A DNA stretch of 64,000 nt from Thalia democratica. Its lineage: Eukaryota. The DNA is taken from positions 58,032,001 through 58,096,000 of the forward strand of contig OZ241827.1 in the NCBI GenBank assembly GCA_965202585.1, written 5' to 3'. The translations under genes and the position numbers were made by a program. This document shows positions 46,501 through 55,850 of the stretch, in pieces; positions within the stretch are counted from its first letter, which is position 1, and the number at the start of each line of letters is the position of its first letter. The notes beneath the pieces were generated by a model that was given only the letters and a program-made list of their open reading frames with translations, was not told where the DNA came from and did no database searches.

Positions 46501-49500
46501 GTTTAAGCTTGGCAATGAATTTTAACATTAGACTATGATAAGTTTGTTATTGGCAATTTTTATTTTAATTCTTAATATTTATTACTAAAACTTAATGATT
46601 TTTGGACACGATATATATATTTTATTTTTAAAGATTGCATAACTTTTTTAATGTATTATTTTTTTTCAGGCAGGTAAAGATATACTTTATGGAATTCATA
46701 GTTGCACAGAATGATTAATGTTACATAGAAAAATCAAAAAATACTAGAGTTTTTCACTTTGCAACTTAGTTAAGTAATTAAACAAAATTTTAATTCATAG
46801 AAGTACATATTATAATCTTCTAATTATATGCAATGTAGATTACTTAAAAAAACCGCTTCAAAAAATTATTCTTTTTAGTATATATTTTTTTTCTTTCTTT
46901 GTTTATTAAAATATCTAAAAGTTGTTTAATGCTAAGTTAAAATACTTATAAACTATAGTGTATACAAGCGAATTTTTTTTAAGTATTTTTTACAAAATTT
47001 TTGTTCAAGGTTCAACGATTTTTGAATACAGTCAATTTTCAAATGAATATTTAAAAAAAAGACTTGTTTGTATAATTAGTTTACTTAAATAAGTAGAAAA
47101 AAATGTATATACCATTTTTTAATTGGTGTGTACATAAGCTTTTTATAATATTCTAAGTTTTTAACGTTAGAAAAAGCATTAATTAATCAAATATAAAAGC
47201 TTCTGTTGAGAATCCAGAAAACATAATAAACAAACCAAACCACAATAACAAACTTGTAAAAACAATCAGTAAACTGTACCACAGTTACAAATACTATTTA
47301 CTATTTAATATAAAAAGTGTGACTCACCATCGCCGCAAGTGGCTGAACATGGAGCGTGGTTGCCAGTAGCAACGGCTAACGACCAGATGACGGGTTTCAG
47401 TTTGTAGTATTTGTATCTGATGGTTCTGGCGCCCTCGTGCGGATGCTTGCATCCCTGAATGAACGGGCACATTCTGTTGACCAACATCGTCTGTCGTTTT
47501 ACCTAAACGTTTTCAAAGCTTTTATCTTTAATCAGCTTTAAGTTGCTTTGATACTTTGCTAAACTTTAAAAGAACTTAAAGAACCAGAAACAACTTGCTA
47601 CACTGCAAGACTTTTGTTTGTTGTATACATATGTATGTTTTTTGTTAGTAGTTTGTAAATGTTAGTGCACTTAATTTTTTTAACTTGCTATATAATACTT
47701 TTTTTATGTACAAAAAAATTTTAAACACAACTTTTTGTGAAATTTTCAAAGTATAAATTTTACTTGTATGACGATGAATTATATTTAAATAGCTGTTTTT
47801 TTATATTTATAAAAAAAAAGTTTATTTCTGCCTTTTATGGATACACATTTATTAATGTATTTTAGCTGTAAAACTAAATTTATGTGTATATTTTAGTCTG
47901 AGAAAGTATGGTAAACTATAATTTTGAAATGATACAAGCTTGTACTATGCTTAAAAACATGTCTTAACATTTTGGCTATTATACTGAAAAATTTACTTCG
48001 TAAGGCTTATTGGAGCTTGTACAAAGTATAAATTATTTAATTACCGGTTTTTGTTAGATAATCTTTTTGGCATTTAACACTGAACGTAGAAAGTATTTCT
48101 ACTAAATATTGTCAAGAAACTTATGTTTAAATAACTTTAGATTAATTGAAATTCTTGCGCGAAACATTTAAAAATAATATACCTAAAAAGCTTTTATTTT
48201 ATGTGCCAAGTCTTATAAACTTAATTACTATGTTAACTATTACAAAACACATTATACCAACAGTATTAAGGTAGTTACCTAGTTTTGTTTGTTTTTTAAC
48301 TATCATTGACAGTAAAACTTCATTGAAAAATTTATGTATTAAAGGTTATGCAAACTCAAACTTTTTTTTATACTTTATACTTCTATGCTGATTTAAGATA
48401 AAATATTGCTAAATAAAAAATTTTTTTTATTAACTTTAACTTTTTATATGCCTTAAAATATATTCAAGTCAATTTAAAATTTCGTAATAAAAGCAACTTT
48501 TAGTTGAGTTAGATTAGTTTAGCTTAAAGTTAAAGAATTTCATAATTTAAAAACATAACTATAGTTAAGAAAAAAAACTTCCAGTTAGTCATTTCAAATA
48601 TAACAAATGGAAAGTTTTAGTTTTTTAAGAGTTTTTGAGGTTCTTAAATTTATAACTTTAGATGTTTTGAAAATTTTAAAAATAAAACAGCAAGTTTTAT
48701 GTTTTTTTACAGTTTAAGTTTTCTTTTTCTTTAAAAATATTTCATGTAATCTTTGTAAGGTCATAAGCATTCGCTTTATAGTTTTTGAAAAGAAAACTTT
48801 TATTTTGTTTACTAAATAAATACTAACGCTTATAAAGATTTAGAATTCACAAAAACAATCTTAAAATCAGGTGATACTTTTAATTACTTAGGAAATTACT
48901 GTTTATTTAAAATGATAAAATTATATGGAACCCTATTAAAAAGTGTGAAAGCACATGAATAGATTTCACTAGTAATACAGCATGCAAACTTACTACAACT
49001 TTCGCGTTTTCTTTTATCGGCCCTGCGAGAGAGTAAACAAAGTCGTCCAAATTTGACAGCTCCTCGGCATCAGCTAGCGGTTGTTTTGCTTCTTCGTTCA
49101 CTTCTATCATGCTTTTCTCTTTAGATACTATATCTGCAATGTAGTTTGTTATGTAAGCCGAACATAGTTGTCGTGTATTCGTAAATTCTAAGAAGCTTGC
49201 ATTTTTACATTTTTTAGTAATAATTATGTAATGATTTTCTATTTTTATTAAAGTTAAAGAGTATTAAAAAAAAACTTGAACAAACAGCTGTTTAAAAATT
49301 GAACGAAATTAAGTAAATATGTTATGTAAATGAGCGACAAAAAAGTTTTTTGTAATGTTCATAACGACAAGAAGCTTAAGTAAAATTTCAAATGCTATCA
49401 GTGTAATACGTTAAAATGTTAAACTAATTTACCGAAGCTAACATCCCCAGAAACTATAATGTTTGTGCTTGATGCTGGAATCTCTGTGATTGTTTCTGAA

Positions 49501-52500
49501 AATGAACAATTATGATAAAGTTTTAAAAATTTTAACAAAAAATTACCGTTGTATTATATGTTTTTACTTTTTCAAACTTTTTTTAACAATATGATAGATT
49601 CTGAGAAAAACTAGCATCAGAACTACTAACAAAAATTGTAAACTATTATAGTTAATGCATATTAATTTTCATTATACTAAAACATTATACCAAATTATCT
49701 AACACTTAGTACTTATGATAGATTTTTTCAAATATACAAAATTTCAATTTTAATAAGTTATAACTGTTTTTGACAAACCTGTTTAAACTTTTACATACGA
49801 GTAAAAGGCGGTGAACTATAAAATTATAAAATTATTTCATTTATTTGTTAACTATATTTTATAGCTATAATTTAATGAAGTATTCTTCTTAATTTTATTT
49901 TTTTTATACGTAAGAAATAGAATTTTATATATTTATAAATTTACGGCAGCAAAATTGTATGTGTAAATTCATCAAATGATCAATCTTTAGATCAAAATAT
50001 TTTTGTAAATGTCAATTGTAGTAAGGTTAACAATTTAACATGTGGATAATTTATTACAGATATAAAGTCAGCAAAATAAAATATCGAATTACTTGGAACT
50101 AAAACGAGTAGGTATTAAAATAGTTAGAATACTACTAGCAATATAAAAAAGTGTAAATTATGATGATTAAGGAGTTGAATACAGTTTAATAGCCTTGTAA
50201 ACTGATTTAAAACTCAATTTAAGTATTTTCTAAGTATGCACTTCGTAGAATATTATAAATCATTAGGTTTATACTCTTCATACGATTGTAAACATATTAA
50301 CTTTACATTACTGCCTCAATGTTTTAGCAATAAGTGTTTTTTTATTTTATTATTTCTTATAATTTTCAACTTTTTTAAGATATTGACAGTAACTTGTTTG
50401 CCGTTGCAACCTAGATAAGTTTTTTTTTTTTTAGAAATATATCGCTCTTTGTAATATTTAAAATTTTATTTTTTTTAATCAAAGCTGATTAAATGCATGC
50501 AGAAAGTATCTTGTAAAATGTTTGAAAATATTTTTCTGGATTTAAAAATATGTTTATTAGTAATGATAAAGTTTTTTTTATTCTCAATGCTGATAAGTAA
50601 ACGTTTAATTTTTTTTTTTTTGAAAAATTTTTGAACACACATTTTTTACAACCAATATAATTAAAACCGAGCATATTTTATTCATTATATTTACGTACCG
50701 TTATCACTTGATGACGTCACAATACCGCTGATCAATCTGCATGAACTTCCGTCTCCTCCGCAAACTCCGCATTCGTCATAAACTTCTCCTCCGTACAACA
50801 CTCCGTCGCATCCCGCCCGCTGTGGAGTAGAAACATTTTGTTTGAGTTTAAAAACAGTTTTAGGTGCGTTATAAACAGCTTGCTGTGTTGTTTTGTGAAA
50901 AAAAATTGAATCTTACTTTAAAAATTAATAAAGCGAACATTTTTATGTTTCATGTTTTAAACCAGTTTTTTATACCAGAAACTAATAAAATCCGTCCTAG
51001 TAGGAATCAGTAGTCTATGAACTTTTATTTTTGCACATTTTAGACTAAACTGTGAAATTTTTAGTATACATGTTTTTTTTTGAAAAAAAGCAGCCGAAGA
51101 AAAAGTAGAACATTTTTTTTTAATTGATGAAAACTTTGCTAAAAGAATTATTTTGTTTAAGTAAAGAACAATCAAAACAGAAATGCTCTTAGCATTTGTT
51201 TATGGCTATCAAGTTTCTGTGTGACTCAAGATGACTACAACAGGAAAGTTTTCAGCAAACAAAGTAGAACCAACAAACAAAAATATCCGGTAATGCTATA
51301 ATTCAACAATCTGCAAAAATACTATTGTTTGAAGAGTATTCGGTTCTGTTTAGATAGAAATACTCAGAAATGGCTTCTTGCAAAACTGTTTTTTTTTTCA
51401 CTGTATTTTTTACGCAATTATTTCAGCTACTACTGAAGTTATGTTCAAGAATAATCGCGTCTTGTGATTACAAAACGAAAAAACATGAAATCGGTATGTA
51501 TGATAAACACACACCAGTAGAAATGTTTCTTTGCAATTTCGAACTTGGCTATGGCTTATTCCGAATAATTTGATTTCGACCACTGTAACACGTTTTAAAC
51601 CGTGTTAAAGCGAAAAAATCTCAACTCAATACAATTGTTTTTGAATTTCCGTATAAAAGAATTTTATTTCACGATTTAACAAAGCAAACATTTACATTAA
51701 CAAATCACATATGCAAACCACATAGACATATAAATTGCAAAAAACATGATAATTCTTGCTATTTTGCTAAACAAACGATTTAGCAAACGAGCCTAGAAAT
51801 TCTTGTTTCAATTACAGTTTTTCTTTTTTGTTGTTTTTTAGTTTTTGATGAGAAACGAGTTTTACTTTTCGTCATTTGTATAAAATTGTAAATTACTCCA
51901 ACTTTATTCGGATAGTTTTATAAACATAATGATAAAGTAATGCGTTATTATTTTTTACTTTGCCAACCATATAAGGTTGAATAACTTATATGACAAAAAA
52001 TTTAATGATGGGAACAATAATCACGTGAATGAAGATATTTATTATATTTATAATTTTCACTAACCAAAATATACGCAATCTCTTTATGAACGCTGTATTA
52101 TTGCTTATTATTCGCAACCACAAGTTTTTTTCTGTTTAAAACAACCAAAAAAGAAAACCCAAACAAAGGAGATTACAGTTGTCAATTTTATTTTAAGCAA
52201 TAAGCACACAGTAGCATAACTACACTGATGGAATTTTCTTGCCGAATTACGAAAATCCAAACGGTATTTTAATCAAGAGAATGGCGGCTTTTTGTTTTGA
52301 AATAAAATCCTCAAATTTTCTCACACCAACCCTACTTGATATAAAAAGACGAACTTTTTCGTTTCAAGTGCGCAAGGAAATCCCAGCGTTTTAAAACAAA
52401 CTGTTTTCATAACTGATAAGGCACTAAATGCCAAAGGAGAAAATGTGAACTTAGCACTCGGTTTAATCTAGACAATTAAAAATTTAGATGGAAATATGTT

Positions 52501-55442
52501 GGTGTCTGTCATGAGGCTGATTAAGAAACTCGTTTATCCTTTTACTGTTTCAAATTCAAGCAAAAAACAAACCACACAATTGTTTAAAACATGATTTTTA
52601 TACATTGTTTAATGTTGTGATGAAAAGCGTTTTTGGAATTTTTTTAAATTATTTTATAAAGAGAAAACTTTAAAGCCTATGCTGAAGTATTAAATTATTT
52701 ATTCACTCACTTCGCATTTTCCTTCGATGCAAACGCCAAAACTCTTTTGCGCCTGGCAACGGGTTCCGTCAACTACCTTGTCGGTTACCATGGCAACCTT
52801 GCCCGTCACGCTCGACCTGCAGTGGAGGGAGCAGTGGGAGTTGAGGTCCTTCTGCAGCCTTTGGTCGATGAGGTCGGAGGTGGTCAGCACGGGAAGCGTC
52901 CACTTTTGAGTTGCCGAGTTGAAACTTTCGCACTGGCGTTGTCTGAATCTTACAGAGAACTGCGGGCAGTCCTGCAATTTATTTTTTAAATACCAAACTA
53001 GCCTATATTTTTAATAAAAAATATCTAGAAGTTAATTTTTTGTTTTACGTGTAGAAGCTAAATAAAATGAAGTGTTTTAAATAAGATGGTCTTTTAATTG
53101 TATGTTATACCAATTCAGCTAATAAAGTTAATTAAGCTTCCTTTTTAAATATGTTTTCTTAAAATTTTTAATAAAAGAAGACTGCAAATTAAATTTTTGT
53201 CTGCATGTAGTTTATGTGAGTTTAAAAAAAAACCTTTTTATTTCTGATAAGTTGTTATATCTCTAACTATTTCAATGGTTTTTAACTGTGTTTTAAAAAT
53301 TGTTATTTACAATTAGTTAGTACCAAAAGAGTTCATGCTTCAGTTACATCTATCTTTTTAATTAAAATCTAAAAATAACAATTAATTCTAAAATTTTGCT
53401 CAGTTTATGTTATTACCTTACGAACATGACTAATTAAAGAGTAGCAGTGTAAAAATTACGTTATAATGATGAAGGGTTAGCACCATTAAACATAAAACTA
53501 ATATAGTAATAACATCAATGGAAGCCTGCATAATGGACTTTGTTGATGCAAGAATTTGGTAGGACTTATACAAACAAAACGTTGTGAAACTTTTTACTTT
53601 GCTTAAACCCGGCTACTGTTTTCAAGCACCGCAGTTATCAAGAAACTTTCAAATACTTTAATACCCTTATTGGGCCCCAACACACTGGAAAGTGTTTGCT
53701 TTGCGCTTATGAATGTTTTTCTCATGTCTGCGGGTTACTATGACTCACAACAACATAACTGACCTTACTATGACCAAATAGTTTATATTAGTATTTTCTA
53801 ACTTTTACTTCTCTTAAAAACGTACCTCAGTCGAGCATAGTTTGTATCTATGATTGTCTCCAATGCATGTTCTGCAAAAAAAAAACATGTGTTAAAACAA
53901 CTTCTAAACCAAATTAAAAATAAGCTTTTTTGAATCTTTATTTATGCATAAATAATTTCTTTAACACAACAAGGGAACCTATGTAAAGTTTTTATTTTAC
54001 AGAGTAACATACTTTTATGGTTTTAACAAACGGTGCAAAATTTAAAGTGTTACAAACATTTGTATAACAGAAATTTGTACAAAAATTACACCGTAAAAAA
54101 AAAATTAAATTTTTTGATGAACTTGCTTTTTTGTTAGATCAAACAGTTTGTAAAGATCAAACATTTCTATTGAACTAGAACTTTATTGTGTTTATTGTGT
54201 TTTTGACTCTTTAGTTTAAAAAAAGTCTTTAATAAAAGTAAAATAGTTAAAAACCACAACTAAAAGAATTAAAAAAAAAATTCTAACCCATTCAAACAAG
54301 ATCTTGAAGATTTAGAAATTCCAAAACCACACGTTTTTGTACAATCTGACCAATTTGACCATTCTGACCAAAGATTTCGCTCCTGTTAATATTAAAAATT
54401 TAGTATAGTTGATATTTGAATATTTCACTACAAGCTTAGTTTGTAGCTTTGTTTAAAAATCTGAACAAACTTTTAATGACTTTATAAACGTAATAATCAA
54501 CCATATTGTATGATAAACTAAATACATGCAATATAGTTAATGCAACTTACAAACATTAAAAATATTTCAATATATACTTTATAATAATAATTTAATAATA
54601 ATAACCTATAAGTAGGTCGATAAACAATTTGTGAAAGCTCAAAAACAAACCAATAATTGACATTTGAAATTCATTAATCATAATAATTGATGCTTTACAA
54701 TAATAGATTGACATGTAAAGATTTAATTGTATGAGAAAAAAAAAATTAAAGAAATCAAAAACATTTTTTTAAATATTTTTAAATCCTTAATAATTTTTAA
54801 AGTTTTGAAAATTTTCAATCTTACATGTTTGACTACGCTGTGCCACGCTTCGTCATCGCCGCTTCCCCCTGTCACGTCATAATCTTCGTCGTCTGACGTC
54901 ACGAATTCATCTGCCTTGACTATTATCTACAAAAATAAAAGTAAAATACAAGGGGTATCATGCTCAGTGCGATCAGTTTCTAACCGATTAATAAAAACTT
55001 GCCAATCATTTAAATCAGATAAAATTGGAATCCCCGCTAAGCTCATGTTACGCTTGCAATAAATTGAAATTAATTAAATGTACTTTTAATTGTTTAGTTG
55101 TTTATGGTCAGTTTTATAAGTTGAGTTTCTATAAAGAACCGTCACTTAAGTGCTATCAAAAACCTTCGCTTTATCTAAATCTTCTTGTAACTTAGGTGTA
55201 ATATTTTCAATTACTTACTTTTGTAGTTTATGCTTTTAAGTGCTTTTTAATACTATTTCTTACTTTTTATATGTCTTATTTTAAGAATATATGCATTAAG
55301 TTGTAAAAAACTATTTAAACAAGAAATTTCTGTTCCCCGTTGTTTAAAAAGTCATCTTTTAAGGCCATTCAAACATTATAAAACACTTAAGAGCAACGTA
55401 AACAACAAAACACAAAGTTGCAAAGGCACGCAATAATCTCAT
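19316..55442 (-). CDS. ADAMTS-like secreted ECM protein (punctin; ADAMTSL1/ADAMTSL3/MADD-4 family), long isoform, 33 exons, about 1720 aa
   Basis: Exons E2-E33 all have GT-AG ends with matching phases and sum to 5130 nt including the stop. Order: SP, TSP1, Cys-rich, spacer, 5 TSP1, 3 TSP1, 4 Ig, 4 TSP1 (13 TSP1 + 4 Ig, as in ADAMTSL1). No metalloprotease domain. ADAMTSL1 vs ADAMTSL3 orthology cannot be resolved by eye. Confidence 0.92.
19728..19846 (-). CDS. ADAMTSL E32 (TSP1 #12)
   Basis: CSKKC...GIQLRQVHC; phase 0/2. Confidence 0.9.
20043..20250 (-). CDS. ADAMTSL E31 (TSP1 #11)
   Basis: [19 protein letters not shown]; phase 2/0. Confidence 0.92.
21004..21187 (-). CDS. ADAMTSL E30 (TSP1 #10)
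   Basis: CSTKCGNAG...CNRQDCPP; phase 1/2. Confidence 0.92.
21518..21733 (-). CDS. ADAMTSL E29 (Ig4)
   Basis: [13 protein letters not shown]...[12 protein letters not shown]; phase 1/1. Confidence 0.92.
21806..21934 (-). CDS. ADAMTSL E28 (Ig4 start)
   Basis: PPHIT...VKANSTVMM; phase 1/1. Confidence 0.85.
22402..22584 (-). CDS. ADAMTSL E27 (Ig3)
   Basis: [10 protein letters not shown]...[14 protein letters not shown]; phase 1/1. Confidence 0.92.
23164..23420 (-). CDS. ADAMTSL E26 (Ig2 end, Ig3 start)
   Basis: GSLRI...[11 protein letters not shown]; VIRCP; phase 2/1. Confidence 0.93.
23437..23960 (+). repeat. Degenerate tandem duplication, ~265-bp unit x2, intronic
   Basis: tgtttaactatga...ttccgac...ataacttc.aaaa...tagtta..ataactcta present twice, from about 23437 and 23704. 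Confidence 0.75.
24189..24474 (-). CDS. ADAMTSL E25 (Thr/Pro linker, Ig2 N-terminal half)
   Basis: [21 protein letters not shown]; phase 1/2. Confidence 0.92.
24687..24813 (-). CDS. ADAMTSL E24 (linker)
   Basis: Phase 0/1 bridging exon; ttttgcag acceptor. Confidence 0.75.
25092..25198 (-). CDS. ADAMTSL E23 (linker)
   Basis: Phase 1/0 bridging exon; GTTTGT donor. Confidence 0.7.
26073..26254 (-). CDS. ADAMTSL E22 (Ig1, polybasic)
   Basis: AWFVNK...GNLKMSKI...VKC; phase 2/1; weak GTTTAT donor. Confidence 0.85.
26717..26894 (-). CDS. ADAMTSL E21 (linker, Ig1 start)
   Basis: [13 protein letters not shown]; phase 1/2. Confidence 0.88.
26993..27170 (-). CDS. ADAMTSL E20 (TSP1 #9)
   Basis: CKGDC...GWQTRKVVC; phase 0/1. 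Confidence 0.9.
27374..27559 (-). CDS. ADAMTSL E19 (TSP1 #8)
   Basis: [16 protein letters not shown]; phase 0/0. Confidence 0.9.
27760..27979 (-). CDS. ADAMTSL E18 (TSP1 #7)
   Basis: [16 protein letters not shown]; phase 2/0. Confidence 0.92.
31834..32540 (-). mobile_element. Same MITE family, copy 2, inverted relative to copy 1, intronic
   Basis: Perfect TIRs CAGTAGACTACCGCTTAAGTACGCA, flanking TA; interior is the reverse complement of the 16036-16865 interior; 707 bp. Confidence 0.9.
35166..35710. mobile_element. Foldback/MITE-like element with long imperfect inverted arms
   Basis: 35231-35358 is roughly the reverse complement of 35532-35660 (gctccaatattttgatgac...cttattttgggtag...aaaaaagttacaaaa); weaker symmetry extends to about 35166/35710. 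Confidence 0.75.
36514..36794 (-). CDS. Alternative first exon with its own signal peptide (short ADAMTSL isoform, about 1093 aa)
   Basis: ATG 36794: [29 protein letters not shown]...NNKRRSV...EVRAQ; donor CA|GTTAGT in phase 2, compatible with the E18 acceptor. Confidence 0.7.
38562..38917 (+). mobile_element. Probable decayed L1/Tx1-clade non-LTR retrotransposon ORF2 fragment (post-RT region)
   Basis: One frame reads [23 protein letters not shown]...EKF*V...[16 protein letters not shown], resembling the Tx1/L1 pattern W...LSxRGxxLxIN...F.W...GGxGL...A.R; several stops. Confidence 0.4.
39518..39671 (-). CDS. ADAMTSL E17 (TSP1 #6 end)
   Basis: [15 protein letters not shown]...CKRDPCP; phase 1/2. 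Confidence 0.9.
42112..42280 (-). CDS. ADAMTSL E16 (linker, TSP1 #6 start)
   Basis: [14 protein letters not shown]; phase 0/1. Confidence 0.92.
43500..43656 (-). CDS. ADAMTSL E15 (TSP1 #5)
   Basis: [17 protein letters not shown]; phase 2/0. Confidence 0.92.
44043..44136 (-). CDS. ADAMTSL E14 (basic linker [10 protein letters not shown])
   Basis: Phase 1/2 exactly bridges E13 and E15; GTAAGT donor. Confidence 0.8.
44596..44728 (-). CDS. ADAMTSL E13 (TSP1 #4)
   Basis: [16 protein letters not shown]; phase 0/1. Confidence 0.9.
45007..45217 (-). CDS. ADAMTSL E12 (TSP1 #3)
   Basis: CSVSCGNG...[16 protein letters not shown]; phase 2/0. Confidence 0.92.
45360..45407 (-). CDS. ADAMTSL E11 (linker [15 protein letters not shown])
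   Basis: 48 nt, phase 2/2, GTGAGT donor. Confidence 0.75.
45607..45766 (-). CDS. ADAMTSL E10 (TSP1 #2 C-terminal half)
   Basis: Phase 1/2; GTATGT donor. Confidence 0.85.
47328..47502 (-). CDS. ADAMTSL E9 (spacer end, TSP1 #2 start: CSATCGDG)
   Basis: IRYKYY...W...CSATCG; phase 0/1. Confidence 0.9.
48994..49133 (-). CDS. ADAMTSL E8 (spacer: ...[14 protein letters not shown])
   Basis: GPx(T/K)E spacer motif; phase 1/0; GTAAGT donor. Confidence 0.85.
49433..49495 (-). CDS. ADAMTSL E7 (spacer: [12 protein letters not shown])
   Basis: IPAGATNI-like spacer motif; phase 1/1. Confidence 0.85.
50699..50819 (-). CDS. ADAMTSL E6 ([25 protein letters not shown])
   Basis: Hallmark [18 protein letters not shown] motif; phase 0/1. 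Confidence 0.95.
52711..52971 (-). CDS. ADAMTSL E5 (Cys-rich module: FRQRQC...VVDGTRC...CIEGKC)
   Basis: ADAMTS Cys-rich signature; phase 0/0. Confidence 0.92.
53826..53871 (-). CDS. ADAMTSL E4 (end of TSP1 #1: [15 protein letters not shown])
   Basis: ttttgcag acceptor, GTACG donor; phase 2/0. Confidence 0.85.
54288..54382 (-). CDS. ADAMTSL E3 (TSP1 #1: [17 protein letters not shown])
   Basis: WxxWxxW and CxxTC motifs; phase 0/2. Confidence 0.9.
54825..54926 (-). CDS. ADAMTSL E2 (acidic N-terminus [34 protein letters not shown])
   Basis: ttttgtag acceptor, GTAAGA donor, 102 nt, phase 0/0. Confidence 0.8.
55404..55442 (-). CDS. ADAMTSL candidate exon 1 (signal peptide [13 protein letters not shown])
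   Basis: ATG 55442; joined to E2 gives [21 protein letters not shown], a classic signal peptide. Weak phase-0 donors at 55407, 55404 or 55398. Confidence 0.5.
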
Positions 55443-55489
55443 AAATTTCAAATTCCTCAAAATTAAAACAAATTGCTGAACAAAAGGAG

Positions 55490-55850
55490 CAAGCGGCAAA
55501 AATGATTGAGACAAACAAAAACTTGCGTGACTGCGCGCACATACTTGCTACTGCTATGGTTGGCGAGCAAATAGCACGTGGTGAGAAGTAGTTACGTCAC
55601 AAAGGCCCGCCAAAAGCCACTGTTTGTGACGTCACTGTTGTGTATCGAAGACAAGTTTTGTTTACGGCGACGTTTACCGCGCAACCGACTTTGCTTTGCT
55701 TTTTGTTTGGCGATTAGCGACAGTTATGTTTACTTCTGTCTTATCAACGAATTACGCGCGAGGTTTGTGTGTTTACCTGCGCACTTTAATTTGTGCTTTA
55801 TTGAGCAGATTATCTTGTTTACTGATTGTTAATTGTTTATGAAGGTGAAT
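55490..55850. promoter_or_regulatory. CpG-rich island upstream of the ADAMTSL signal-peptide exon; candidate promoter/5' region
   Basis: Sharp rise in GC/CpG; perfect CRE palindrome TGACGTCA at 55627-55634; GC-box-like ggcccgcc; CACGTG E-box. Confidence 0.4.

Noticed and set aside
19316-55442. Calling the gene papilin or a catalytic ADAMTS protease
   Set aside because: No Kunitz domains, prodomain or HExxH metalloprotease exon; 13 TSP1 + 4 Ig fits punctin/ADAMTSL1/3.
3094-55634. Seven perfect TGACGTCA (CRE) palindromes (3094, 24319, 27858, 35613, 50712, 54894, 55627)
   Set aside because: Four lie in coding exons, where ordinary codon pairs explain them, and one is in a foldback arm; no enrichment test was possible.
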